Part shown: positions 32,242-42,035 of the stretch, piece by piece
How the letters are laid out: each line of letters opens with the position of its first letter
Numbering within the stretch: the first letter of the stretch is position 1
Source: Dysgonamonadaceae bacterium
GTDB lineage: Bacteria > Bacteroidota > Bacteroidia > Bacteroidales > Azobacteroidaceae
Length of the DNA stretch: 64,000 nucleotides
Direction: 5' to 3'
Assembly (NCBI GenBank): GCA_031267615.1
Contig: JAIRYM010000019.1
Coordinates: 5,430-69,429 of the forward strand
The notes under the pieces: model-generated
The model's input: only the letters and a program-made list of their open reading frames with translations
Told to the model about the DNA's origin: nothing
The model's database searches: none
Translations under genes and position numbers: made by a program

Positions 32242-32900
32242 AGGTATTAGTTGACATACAAAATCTTTGCGCGGGCTATAATGGCGTCGCAGTGATCAAA
32301 GATGTATCGCTTAAGATATATGAGCGTGATTTTCTCGGCATCACTGGACCCAATGGTGGCGGCAAAACGACACTCGTCAAAACTGTTCTCGGACTTCTGA
32401 AACCCATATCCGGCAATATCACATTCTCCATGAACCTTCGGCAGGATACAGGATACATGCCCCAAATACACAGCATCGACAGAAAGTTTCCCATACTTGT
32501 TTCGGAAGCAGTATCATCAGGATTAATTGGAATCAGGAGCCTTACAAAAGGAGACCGTCGCGAAAAAGTAAATGCTGTTCTTAAAAAAATGGATATTGAA
32601 AATATTTCTTCCAAATCAATTGGCTCTCTCTCAGGCGGACAGATGCAGCGGGTGTTGCTTGCACGCGCTCTGGTAAACAGTCCGTCTCTCTTGCTTCTCG
32701 ATGAGCCGGACTCCTACGTAGACAGTAGCTTTATCCGTTACTTTTACGAATTTCTCAAGGAGATTAACCAGTCAGCCGCCATTCTGCTTGTTTCTCACAA
32801 CATGGAAACCATAATTTCCAATTCCAAAAACATCGCGTTCATTAACAGAGAGTTACAGTATCATTCAGGAACCGGCATCGACAAACAGTATCTCCTGTAA
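32238..32900 (+). CDS. znuC: metal ABC transporter ATP-binding protein (ZnuC-like)
   Basis: GPNGGGKTT, LSGGQMQR, LLDEP. Confidence 0.85.
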   Translation: MKVLVDIQNLCAGYNGVAVIKDVSLKIYERDFLGITGPNGGGKTTLVKTVLGLLKPISGNITFSMNLRQDTGYMPQIHSIDRKFPILVSEAVSSGLIGIRSLTKGDRREKVNAVLKKMDIENISSKSIGSLSGGQMQRVLLARALVNSPSLLLLDEPDSYVDSSFIRYFYEFLKEINQSAAILLVSHNMETIISNSKNIAFINRELQYHSGTGIDKQYLL

Positions 32901-32947
32901 TCCATATATAATTTCCTGTTTTAACAAATATTTGCAAAATCGGCCTA

Positions 32948-33185
32948 ATACATAATCTTTTCTCCCAAACAGTTTGGCGAACTTGCCGATAACATTATCT
33001 TTTCTCTCAAACAGTTTGGCGAACTTGCCGATACATAATCTTTTCTCCCAAACAGTTTGGCGAACTTGTCTATTACATAATCTTTTCTCCCATACAGTTT
33101 GGCGAATTTGCCGATGTATAATCTTTTCTCACAAACAGTTTGGCGAACTTGCCGATACATAATCTTTTTTCACAAACAGTTTGTG
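32948..33185. repeat. tandem array, ~5.7 x 41/42 bp
   Basis: Unit ATACATAATCTTTTCTCCCAAACAGTTTGGCGAACTTGCCG starts at 32948, 32989, 33031, 33072, 33114 and 33155 (partial). Confidence 0.95.
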
Positions 33186-33226
33186 AGATTTTCCAATGAT
33201 ATAAGCAAGTTTCAAAAAAATATTGT

Positions 33227-33234
33227 TACCTTTG
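33227..33234 (+). promoter_or_regulatory. -7 promoter box
   Basis: TACCTTTG matches TAnnTTTG, ~40 bp downstream of the array. Confidence 0.55.
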
Positions 33235-33257
33235 CATCATTTTAAAGCAGATCAACA

Positions 33258-34311
33258 ATGAAAAAATAGCGACTCCGTTTTGACAGGCGATATAAAAGAT
33301 ATTCAAGTATATGATACACTGATATTTATTTTAGACGACAAGAATAAACTGTTTGTATTTAATAAAGACGGCAAATTCAGGAATTACATTGGAAAAACAG
33401 GCAATGGACCTGGAGAATATTTAGCAATAAGAGCATTTTGCGTAGATAAATTTAGCCGTCAAATAATAGTTTTTGACAATATGAATTATGCTTATTTCCT
33501 TTATGACATTGATGGAACCTTCAAGTCTAAAATAAATATCGAAAGCAACTATAATGAATCACCAATGAAAATGATGATGATCAATCAGCAATCGCTGCTT
33601 GTTTATTACGCCCTGTACAAGGAAAATACTGCATATAAACTTTTTGATTTTCTCAGTCAAAAAGAGATTCAGACAAAACATTATCAGTATGCTAATTGTA
33701 CTTCATTTATTTATTCTTTCTCAAAGCACCCGATTACGGTTAGCGAGAACAATACAGCAACTATAATTATGCCGCTTTGTGACACATTATTTCAATGCAG
33801 TAACAATGAATTAATATCCAAATACATTATTCAACATTCCAACCAAATTGCTCCAATTGTAACATCAGAATTCAACAGAGAATATAATCCTGTAACTCTT
33901 GGTATACAATACACCAAAGATGGCTTATTTACTGGATTCAATGGAATCTTTGAAATAAAAGATAAAATATTACTTTACATTGGATTTATTGATGGAGGTA
34001 ATTTATATTTTATAGTTGATAAAAATAAAATGGATGGAAGTTATCATGTTTTTTCCAGTGTCGGAAATATTAACAGCGAAAATATTAACAGTAACCATAC
34101 ATCACATAAAGAATTGACCTGTATGCCTTTTTTCAAGCCGTCAGAAACCGATGGTAATTACCTTGTCAGTTACGTCATGCCATATAACCTGATTAATCTT
34201 CAAGGTAAAATTAATTCAGAACAAGATGCCAATCTGTCTAAATTAAATAACTTAGTAAATACTGTAAATGAAGAAGATAATCCGGTTCTTTTCTTTTACA
34301 AATTAAAATAA
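33258..34311 (+). pseudogene. 5'-deleted 6-bladed beta-propeller (DUF5128-like) gene
   Basis: ATG AAA AAA TAG at 33258 is out of frame with the body (NSDSVLTGDI..., GNGPGEY, EEDNPVLFFYKLK); the lipoprotein signal seen in paralogs is missing. Confidence 0.65.
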
Positions 34312-34326
34312 TTAGGTTGAAGACAA

Positions 34327-34476
34327 AATTTTTACCTGCGAAACTGGGTGTTTTTGTGAAAAATATTTCATTGATTTTAAGGTTTTATAAATTATTCATA
34401 AGAAAAATCAAAAAAAATAGCAGGAAATATTTGGATGTTATAAATATTGTTTTTATCTTTGTAATCAAATAAAAAG
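34327..34476 (+). repeat. promoter-bearing direct repeat, copy 1 (copy 2 at 36301-36459)
   Basis: Shared ACCTGCGAAAC...GAAAAATATTTCATTGATTTTAAGGTTTTATAAATTATTCATAAGAAAAATC...TATCTTTG (34454-34461)...CAAATAAAAAG. Confidence 0.85.
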
Positions 34477-34624
34477 CAAAGTTAATGACGCTTATCGCAA
34501 AAATATTATCTCGTATTGTTGCAATGCTTGACATTGTTTCATTCAACAGCCAATCATTACAAACGTAATATAAAAGATGGTTGAGGAAGTTCCACTTTAA
34601 TTAACTATCTAAAACTATACAGAA

Positions 34625-35830
34625 ATGAAAAATTATATCTTAATACTTATAACTGTTTTCTTATTGACTGCTTGCAACAATAAACAAAAGGTTTCACTGT
34701 TCGATAATAATACAGAGATATTATCTCTATCGAGTATGAAAAATCTTTACTCTATAAATTGTAATGACAGTAATTTTTTTGCTTCATGCCATTTAATACA
34801 ACCTGAACTTACAGATAACAGTATCATTTGGCAGGTAACACAAGTAGAATTATTTGAAAACAGACTTTTTATTCTTGATCAAAAGAGTTCCAAACTGTTT
34901 GTTTTTGATTCACACGGCAATTACATTATGTCTGTTGGAAGCAAAGGTAACGGACCGGGAGAATATTTAGCAACCAGTACGTTTTTTATCAATCATTATA
35001 CAAATTCAATCAACATCTTAGACCCAGTTAAATTGGCACTGCATATATATGATTTGGATGGGAATTATATAGAATCCATGATGTTTAATGAATTATTTGT
35101 TGCTCATATAAAAGGAGTCGTCATGTTGGATAAAGAAACGATAGTGTGTTTTACAAATCCAAATTTTCATATGGAGTCAGGCTATTTTATTGTGAATTTA
35201 AGCAATTTATCAGTAAAAACTACAATATACAAATATCCGTTGAAAATTACAGGACACATTTCATTTGCGATAGCCGAGCATCCTTACAGTGTTTTCAACA
35301 ATGAAATTCATTTTGTTATTCCATTTTCCAACTCTGTAAATTGCCATGGAAATCATTCCACAAATATGCTGTATAACATTATTAACGGCAGGGAAGAAAT
35401 AAATACAGAACAGTTATTAAAATTCGCAGACCAGTATAACAATGATTACATTGATATTATAAAAAATTGTGTAAAAGACGATAAATATTCTGTTGGGTTC
35501 AAAAATTATTATGAAACAGACAGATACATTTGCGTTGATTATTATATTAAAGGGATGTTAAGTCAAGCATTATTATATGATAAAAAACACAAAGAAAGTT
35601 ATATTATTGATGATTATTCCACCTTTACACCCGATTTTGGAAGCATAATTAATTCGAGCCGGAACACTCTGATTAAAGTATGGAAAAACGATCAAATAAT
35701 TGGATTTAAACAAAACCTTGATAATGGGAATATCTCAAAGACACAATATTCGCCAGATATATTGCAACTGGTTGAAAATTATACAGAGGACGATAATCCG
35801 GTGATAATATTATATCAAATGAATAATTGA
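34625..35830 (+). CDS. 6-bladed beta-propeller lipoprotein (DUF5128-like)
   Basis: Lipobox LTAC; LFVFD..G.Y...VG.KGNGPGEY; C-terminal EDDNPVIILY. Confidence 0.85.
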   Translation: MKNYILILITVFLLTACNNKQKVSLFDNNTEILSLSSMKNLYSINCNDSNFFASCHLIQPELTDNSIIWQVTQVELFENRLFILDQKSSKLFVFDSHGNYIMSVGSKGNGPGEYLATSTFFINHYTNSINILDPVKLALHIYDLDGNYIESMMFNELFVAHIKGVVMLDKETIVCFTNPNFHMESGYFIVNLSNLSVKTTIYKYPLKITGHISFAIAEHPYSVFNNEIHFVIPFSNSVNCHGNHSTNMLYNIINGREEINTEQLLKFADQYNNDYIDIIKNCVKDDKYSVGFKNYYETDRYICVDYYIKGMLSQALLYDKKHKESYIIDDYSTFTPDFGSIINSSRNTLIKVWKNDQIIGFKQNLDNGNISKTQYSPDILQLVENYTEDDNPVIILYQMNN

Positions 35831-35837
35831 AAAAATT

Positions 35838-36230
35838 ATGTTTATGAAAATATATGTCTTTTTTATCTTTTTGTTATTTGGAGTAAATAACTCAATTGTT
35901 GCTTTTGCGCATAATGATGTGATAAAAGTACCGGATTCTCTTCTATATATCAAAATAATAGATGGAAATGAAATAGCATTGTCCGAACTAATTGATAATA
36001 ATCATGACAATGTTTTGATTTTTCGCTTTTATGATTTCAGTTGTAGGGATTGTATAGAAAAAGCCATTGTACAAATATCTGAAGAATTTGATATTTCAAC
36101 ATATTCTGTAGTTTTTCTTGTATCTTATATGCGAAAAAGAGATCTCAATATTTTAAAGCACCAGTTTCAAATCAAATTTCCAATATATAATGTTGTATTA
36201 AGAGATCCTTTTATGCCAATGGCAAGCTAA
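35838..36230 (+). CDS. exported thioredoxin-like CxxC protein, probably C-terminally truncated
   Basis: Signal peptide; LIFRFYDFSCRDCI; ends soon after FPIYN, the segment that in the 51516 protein (YPVFID) is followed by ~50 more residues. Confidence 0.55.
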   Translation: MFMKIYVFFIFLLFGVNNSIVAFAHNDVIKVPDSLLYIKIIDGNEIALSELIDNNHDNVLIFRFYDFSCRDCIEKAIVQISEEFDISTYSVVFLVSYMRKRDLNILKHQFQIKFPIYNVVLRDPFMPMAS

Positions 36231-36300
36231 CGAACGCCGGATAACTGTTCTGTTAGTGCGCATTCATATTGCCCGACTGCAAACGATGGATTGAAGATAT

Positions 36301-36459
36301 AATTTTCACCTGCGAAACAGGAGAAACAAGTGTTTTGGCGAAAAATATTTCATTGATTTTTAAGGTTTTATAAATTATTCATAAGAAAAATCAAAAAAAT
36401 ACTGAAAATATTTGGAAGTTATAAAAAAAGTTATTACCTTTGCGGCATCAAATAAAAAG
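36301..36459 (+). repeat. promoter-bearing direct repeat, copy 2
   Basis: Near-identical to 34327-34476; TACCTTTG at 36435-36442. Confidence 0.85.
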
Positions 36460-36659
36460 GACTGAATGAAATTACCCAGGAAAATAGCAATCTTTATCGG
36501 TTTAATACCAAGTGTTGCAAATGAAGTTCGCGACAGGTTGGTTTTTGCTGTTTTCGGATTCTCTCAGATGTTAGTAAATGTCAATACAGAAGAAGATTAC
36601 CATATTTCAACAAATTACAGAATTAATTTTGCTTTAAGCAGCAAAGCAGAACTATATAT

Positions 36660-36901
36660 TACAGGGTCTGTGTGGGAGAAACCGCCCGATGTGCGGTCGG
36701 GCTTTCAGTGGATTCCCGCACTGAAAGCCATGTTTGCAGGGATATGGATTGCAGTTTCTCTTGGAAAATACTGCAATCAGAAAACTACAGAGGACGTTAA
36801 GAGCGGACGCGAAGATACGGCTCGGGATTGTAAAATATTTCCGGTGCAATCCGGCAGGAAAACGGAAGGCGACAAATAGCATCAGGTCTGTATTCCCTGT
36901 A
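36660..36901 (+). ncRNA. candidate structured leader RNA (unassigned)
   Basis: GC-rich island in AT-rich DNA; stems 36700-36710/36719-36729, 36747-36755/36770-36778, 36684-36689/36697-36702; closing helix TACAGGG (36660-36666)/CCCTGTA (36895-36901). Confidence 0.4.
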
Positions 36902-37003
36902 TTTGTTGATAACGATACAAATCCTTTAAAAATAAGGATTACGAAAACTTTATTTAACAACTCCTTGCTTATGCAAATAACAAGGGGAAAAATAAAAAAA
37001 TTC

Positions 37004-37393
37004 ATGAAGATAAAAATTTTTTTATACAGCCTTTTGGCTGTCGCGATTATCGCAGTAGCGACATATAATGTTGCATTGAGCCAAAAAACAGCGAAAGTGG
37101 CTCAACTTGAGTTGAAAAATATCACGATGCTATCTCTTGCAGAGCTTACCAGTGCTGAGGCAGGTTGCAGGGATAGTGGTGGTGTTTTTGATGAATATTC
37201 AAGATTTATAAGCTCTAACACCGAAACTGTGCATTGTACAAGTAGTGGTGAATTAAGCTTTGGAAATTTAAAGTGGTTTAATATAAAATATAAACGGGAT
37301 AAAACATACAAAGTCCAGATAGAAGTCCGTCGTTGCGAGGCCAAGGAAACGTATTGTTGTAAGTCTGATGGAACTACAATAACTCCTTTATAA
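37004..37393 (+). CDS. NVEALA-like secreted Cys-rich precursor 1 (129 aa)
   Basis: Signal ...AVATYNVAL, pro-region LELKNITMLSLAE, core with 5 Cys ending YCC; true start MKIKIF at 37004. Confidence 0.7.
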   Translation: MKIKIFLYSLLAVAIIAVATYNVALSQKTAKVAQLELKNITMLSLAELTSAEAGCRDSGGVFDEYSRFISSNTETVHCTSSGELSFGNLKWFNIKYKRDKTYKVQIEVRRCEAKETYCCKSDGTTITPL

Positions 37394-37400
37394 ATATCGG

Positions 37401-37445
37401 AAGTAAAGTTGTCTAAAAGTAGTGTTTTGGACAACTTTACTTTTT
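37401..37445 (+). terminator. intrinsic terminator-like hairpin after precursor 1
   Basis: AAGTAAAGTTGTCTAAAA / TTTTGGACAACTTTACTT stem followed by a T-run. Confidence 0.75.
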
Positions 37446-37474
37446 AAAAAATACTAATTTTAAGAAATATTAAT

Positions 37475-38650
37475 ATGAAAATACAATTTGTTATTATTTC
37501 CGTTTTGATACTGTTGGTTGTATCATGTAATAAAAATAAAACATCGCAACCGGTTGATGCCTCCATCACCGTTATTAAAAGTCTTAATTCTCAGGAAGAG
37601 TTATCTGTTATTCCTCCATCGTTTGATCAGGTAACGATAGTTCCTCTCGAAACGAATGACGACGTTTTGGTAGGTGATATAGAACAAATTCAAGTGAATG
37701 ACTCACTAATCTTTGTTTCAGACTGGAACAGGAAACTTTTTGTATTTGATAAGCAGGGACGATTCCGAAATATGATTGGTTCGAGAGGCAATGGACCCGG
37801 CGAATATAGAGCGCTGGGCGCTTTCTTTATTGACGATAATTCCAATGAAATCGTCATACTTGACCAAATGAAATCTACATTTCTTAAGTATGGTTTTGAT
37901 GGAAAATTTCATTCCAATGGGGTTAGGATTGATAACAGTCAGATTGATCCTGAATGTGCGTCGTCGCACGGTGATTTCATCCTTCTTAACAATTCTATCA
38001 CGCCTGAAAATACAGCAGCCTACCGGCTTTATAACGATAAGGGTGAAACAGTATTCAGTAAACAGTACTACGGATTTTCTGTCTCAGACTATGCACTGCT
38101 ATTTTCCATAAACCCGATAGCAAAAGTTGATGACGGTCTACACTTTATTATGCCTTTGTGTGATACGGTCTTTCAATGCAAGGATGATTATGTTATTCCA
38201 AAATACATAATAGAACACAGTAAAAAGATGGCTACAATTGAAAATTATAAGATGAACAATGAACAAACTATAACGGGATTTGAGATACAAAGCGTTAAAG
38301 ATGGTTTGTTTACCGGGTTTAGAGATATTTTTGAAACCGACCGTCATATTTTACTCAATTATGGATGGATATCAGGGTATAATTCAGGATACTTTCTTGT
38401 AGACAAAAAAACTGATATCGGACTTTATTATCTTTATGACAAAGAAAGTATTTTTTCTGTTATGCCTTTTTTTAGAATCAATGCTTCTGATGGGAAAAAT
38501 TTTGTGAGTATAGTGCCGGCATATCAGCTTTTACCCTTCAAGGGTAAAATTGATGCCGCTAATGATGAAAATCTTGAAAAATTCAAAACAGGAGTTGAAA
38601 ACCTCGATGAAGAAGATAATCCGGTTCTTTTCTTTTATAAACTGAAATGA
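37475..38650 (+). CDS. 6-bladed beta-propeller lipoprotein (DUF5128-like)
   Basis: Lipobox VVSC; PLETNDD, GNGPGEY, EEDNPVLFFYKLK. Confidence 0.88.
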   Translation: MKIQFVIISVLILLVVSCNKNKTSQPVDASITVIKSLNSQEELSVIPPSFDQVTIVPLETNDDVLVGDIEQIQVNDSLIFVSDWNRKLFVFDKQGRFRNMIGSRGNGPGEYRALGAFFIDDNSNEIVILDQMKSTFLKYGFDGKFHSNGVRIDNSQIDPECASSHGDFILLNNSITPENTAAYRLYNDKGETVFSKQYYGFSVSDYALLFSINPIAKVDDGLHFIMPLCDTVFQCKDDYVIPKYIIEHSKKMATIENYKMNNEQTITGFEIQSVKDGLFTGFRDIFETDRHILLNYGWISGYNSGYFLVDKKTDIGLYYLYDKESIFSVMPFFRINASDGKNFVSIVPAYQLLPFKGKIDAANDENLEKFKTGVENLDEEDNPVLFFYKLK

Positions 38651-38659
38651 TTTTTAAGT

Positions 38660-39067
38660 ATGAAAAAGAAAATTATTGTATTAACAAGTATCGTTCTTGT
38701 AACTTCTATTCTTTCTCTTTTTCTATGTATTTATTATTATAGAACCGAAGAAGTGTTGGCGGTAGTTGCGAATACTGCTGATTTTGGCAAAGTTAATTAT
38801 TTTGACACGGTTAGAGTAGAAACGATTGTGAAAAATATTGGAGATAAACCAATAATGATTTCTCATATTCTAACGACCTGCAATTGCTCGATGGCAAAAG
38901 CAAGAAAGCATAAATTGGAAAAGGGAGATTCTACAATTGTTGACATAACGTATCACGCCGTAGATGAGGGATATGTAGAAAAAAGAATGCCTGTACACTT
39001 TATAAATACGACGGAAACAGTAGATATCTTATTGAAAGGAAGAGTAAAGCCAATAAACTCACAATGA
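38660..39067 (+). CDS. DUF1573 Ig-like protein
   Basis: N-terminal TM; DFG...KNIGDKP..I..I.TTCNCS...L.KGDST...ITY...LKGRV. Confidence 0.8.
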   Translation: MKKKIIVLTSIVLVTSILSLFLCIYYYRTEEVLAVVANTADFGKVNYFDTVRVETIVKNIGDKPIMISHILTTCNCSMAKARKHKLEKGDSTIVDITYHAVDEGYVEKRMPVHFINTTETVDILLKGRVKPINSQ

Positions 39068-41022
39068 AGCATCTAATAGAAATATTTTGCTTGGCGGCGA
39101 CTGCTGTATCAATAATGATTTTAAACTCTTGTTCTTCCGGTCATTCAGATTTTCTTTCCGAATCTTTGCAACTGTGCGATTCCAACCGCCCTCAGTTAGA
39201 ACTTGTGCTTTATCATTACAGCCAAAACCCTGCCGATTCTCTGAAATACAAGGCAGCAGTATTTTTGACAAGCAATATGGCGGGGCATTTTTCTTATTCC
39301 GGCGAAGGTTTAGAGGAATATTACAATGCTGTTGATTCTGTTTCAAAACATTATGCAGAGAAAGATGAACAGAAAATCAAGTCTGCGCTGGATTCTATTG
39401 GAAAACTGACAGAGAATCCAAGTCTTGTTTATGATTTGCAGTCTATTTCGGCAAAATATCTGATTGATAATATTGACAGGGCTTTCGACCTTTGGCAAAA
39501 CGGACAGTTCGCAACCCATCTCAATTTTGACGAATTTTGCGAATACCTTTTGCCATACAAGGTCTGCGAATTGCAAACTCTTGATGATTGGCGTGAATAT
39601 CTGTCCGACAGTCTTTATGGCGATTTGCAGTATATGGCTCACAGCGCACATTCCAATCGTTCGGCGTTTTGGGCTGCCGACAAGGTAAACAGACAACTTG
39701 CTGAAAAACTGCCAAAAACATTGGCAGAACCCGATATCCCGCTTGTTCGCCGCATCAGCAGCCTTTTAATATTAAAAGAAAAGAATTGCGAAGATCTTTG
39801 CATTGCAACTGCCGCTGTAATGCGCGCCAAAGGCATTCCTGTTGCTATTGACTTTACGCCTCAATGGACAAATCGCGGTCGTGGACACGAATGGTGCGTC
39901 GTGCTTGACAACGGTGGAGTTAATCAGCCTTTTGAAGGCTTTGATGAAAGAGGTATAAGAATTATCCGCAATTTGCCTGTGGCAAAGGTTTTTAGAAAAA
40001 CATTCGCAGTAAATCCCGAATTGCTCGAAATGGCACAATCAGGAGAATTAATTCCTCGCTTGTTCCAATATCTCTGCATAAAGGATGTTACAGATGAGTA
40101 TCAGCGTACTGATAATCTGGCAATTCAAGTTGATAAAACAAATACTCAATATGCTTATTTGACTGTCTTTGATAATAGGAAATGGGAACCGGTTGCTTTC
40201 GGAAAAATTAAAGGCAGGAAAGCGTATTTTGACAAAATGGGACGTGATGCAGTTTATTTGCCTGTAATTATGCATGACGACCTGTTGAAACCGGTTGCAC
40301 CGCCGTTTGTGCTTGATTTGCAAGGGAATATTAAACCGATAATCGCAGACATCCATAATACGCAAACTCTGAAATTATATCGCAAATATCCTGCACAACG
40401 TTACACGACTTATGAAACGCACCGCATTTTTGGTGGATGTTTCGAGGCTGCAAACCGACCGGATTTCAGCGATGCAGTAACGATTCACACGATTGATAAA
40501 TATGGGACAGAATCGGATGAAATTTCCCCAAAAACAAACGAAAAGTACCGTTATTGGCGTCATTTGTCGGCAACAAGCGGTTTTGGCGCTATGGCAGAGT
40601 TGTATTTTTTCCAAAATGGTAAATTAGTCAATAAAAAAGGGAAAATCATAGGTAGCGCGGATGGCGAAACAAAGTTTCAGAAGAAGACTAATCTGTTTGA
40701 TAATGACCCTGCTACCTTTTGGGATGCTCCTACAAAAGGCGATTATACTTGGGCAGGTTTCGATTTCAGCGTTCCCGTTGATATTGACCGAATCATTTAC
40801 GCCCCTCGTTGCGATGGTAACGGCGTAGCTTTCGGCGACGAATACGAACTCAATTATTGGGACAACAACTGCTGGAATTCGCTTGGACGCAAAGTTGCCG
40901 ACAATATTTTCGTTGAGTTTGACAACTGCCCGACTGATGCTCTGTTCCTCTTACATAATGTAACGAGAGGAAAAGAAGAAAGAATTTTTACTTACGAAAA
41001 CGGGATGCAGGTGTTTTGGTGA
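39064..41022 (+). CDS. transglutaminase-like lipoprotein with C-terminal discoidin-like domains
   Basis: NRPQLE.VL.HY N-terminus; NCEDL...MRAKGIPVAIDFTPQW...GHEW Cys/His core; LFDNDP.T; GKEERIF. Confidence 0.75.
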   Translation: MKHLIEIFCLAATAVSIMILNSCSSGHSDFLSESLQLCDSNRPQLELVLYHYSQNPADSLKYKAAVFLTSNMAGHFSYSGEGLEEYYNAVDSVSKHYAEKDEQKIKSALDSIGKLTENPSLVYDLQSISAKYLIDNIDRAFDLWQNGQFATHLNFDEFCEYLLPYKVCELQTLDDWREYLSDSLYGDLQYMAHSAHSNRSAFWAADKVNRQLAEKLPKTLAEPDIPLVRRISSLLILKEKNCEDLCIATAAVMRAKGIPVAIDFTPQWTNRGRGHEWCVVLDNGGVNQPFEGFDERGIRIIRNLPVAKVFRKTFAVNPELLEMAQSGELIPRLFQYLCIKDVTDEYQRTDNLAIQVDKTNTQYAYLTVFDNRKWEPVAFGKIKGRKAYFDKMGRDAVYLPVIMHDDLLKPVAPPFVLDLQGNIKPIIADIHNTQTLKLYRKYPAQRYTTYETHRIFGGCFEAANRPDFSDAVTIHTIDKYGTESDEISPKTNEKYRYWRHLSATSGFGAMAELYFFQNGKLVNKKGKIIGSADGETKFQKKTNLFDNDPATFWDAPTKGDYTWAGFDFSVPVDIDRIIYAPRCDGNGVAFGDEYELNYWDNNCWNSLGRKVADNIFVEFDNCPTDALFLLHNVTRGKEERIFTYENGMQVFW

Positions 41023-41150
41023 ACTAAAAGTGAAATACAGAACCGCCCTGCATTTTATTTAAAGGTTGTGGTCTATTCGTAAAAATAAGAACTTGTTGCG
41101 AAAAAAACGACAAGAAGCGAAGATTTGAAAAAAATGCTTAATTTTGCAAA

Positions 41151-42035
41151 ATGAAAAGCAAAATAAATTACTCTTGGCGGCAGTTTTGGAAAGAATTGCT
41201 TACGTGGACTGTCGTTATTATTATCGCAATTATGCTGGCAACAGCGATGCGTGTTTTCCTGTTTTGCTCGTTCAAAGTCCCGTCTGCATCAATGCTGCCG
41301 ACTATTGAGCCGGGAGATTTTATTATGGTCAACAAACAGATTCCGGGACCGAGAGTTTATCCGCATTTCCCTTACCTGCTGGGCGAAGACGGAAAAATTG
41401 CGACAAAAAGATTTAAAGGAATAAGAAAAATAAAAAGAAACGATGTTATTGTATTTAATTTTCCGTATAATGATTGGAATAAATTGGAAATGGACATCAA
41501 CCTGAATTATGTGAAACGCTGCGTAGCAATTCCGGGCGATACTTTTCTGATAGATAACGGAATATATAAAATAGAAAATGCACAGGGCGAAATTATTGGC
41601 TGTCGCGAAAATCAGGAACGTTTCCGTGCAGACATAACCAATGGGAAAAGTTTGGTTTTTCCTTACGATACAATAAATTACAGATGGACGCGCAAAGATT
41701 TTGGTCCGCTGTATATTCCGAAAAAAGGCGACAAAATTTCAATAGATACTTGCAATTATTCGCTTTACAAGAAGATTATCCGATACGAAACAAATAATCC
41801 GAATTTTAAGCGACACGATGGCGCAGTATGGCTTGGCGACAGCATTATCCGCGAATACACGTTCCAAATGAACTACTATTTTATGGCGGGCGATTATGTG
41901 TTTGATTCGGTCGATTCGCGCTATTGGGGACTTGTGCCGGAAGACCATATAATCGGCAAGGCGGTAATGATTTGGAAGTCGGAGGATATGAACACACAGA
42001 AGTTTAAATGGAAAAGGTTTTTTAAGTTATTATGA
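41151..42035 (+). CDS. lepB: signal peptidase I (locus-specific paralog)
   Basis: VPSASMLPT (catalytic Ser), YVKRC (catalytic Lys), GD...S.DSRYWG. Confidence 0.9.
   Translation: MKSKINYSWRQFWKELLTWTVVIIIAIMLATAMRVFLFCSFKVPSASMLPTIEPGDFIMVNKQIPGPRVYPHFPYLLGEDGKIATKRFKGIRKIKRNDVIVFNFPYNDWNKLEMDINLNYVKRCVAIPGDTFLIDNGIYKIENAQGEIIGCRENQERFRADITNGKSLVFPYDTINYRWTRKDFGPLYIPKKGDKISIDTCNYSLYKKIIRYETNNPNFKRHDGAVWLGDSIIREYTFQMNYYFMAGDYVFDSVDSRYWGLVPEDHIIGKAVMIWKSEDMNTQKFKWKRFFKLL

Noticed and set aside
31384-32900. znuA-znuC without a permease as a sign of decay
   Set aside because: Both genes are intact, and from recollection the permease is commonly encoded elsewhere in Bacteroidales
32948-33185. CRISPR array or coding repeat
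   Set aside because: No spacers; 41/42-bp alternation breaks any reading frame
36823-36870. Cobalamin riboswitch, from CCGGTGCAATCCGG
   Set aside because: The flanking AGGGAA, GCCCCCGCAACTGT and B12-box elements are not recognisable, and no B12 gene follows; kept only as an unassigned RNA candidate
36466-36879. 137-aa ORF as a real protein
   Set aside because: No recognisable motif; it overlaps the hairpin-rich island and the over-extended precursor frame
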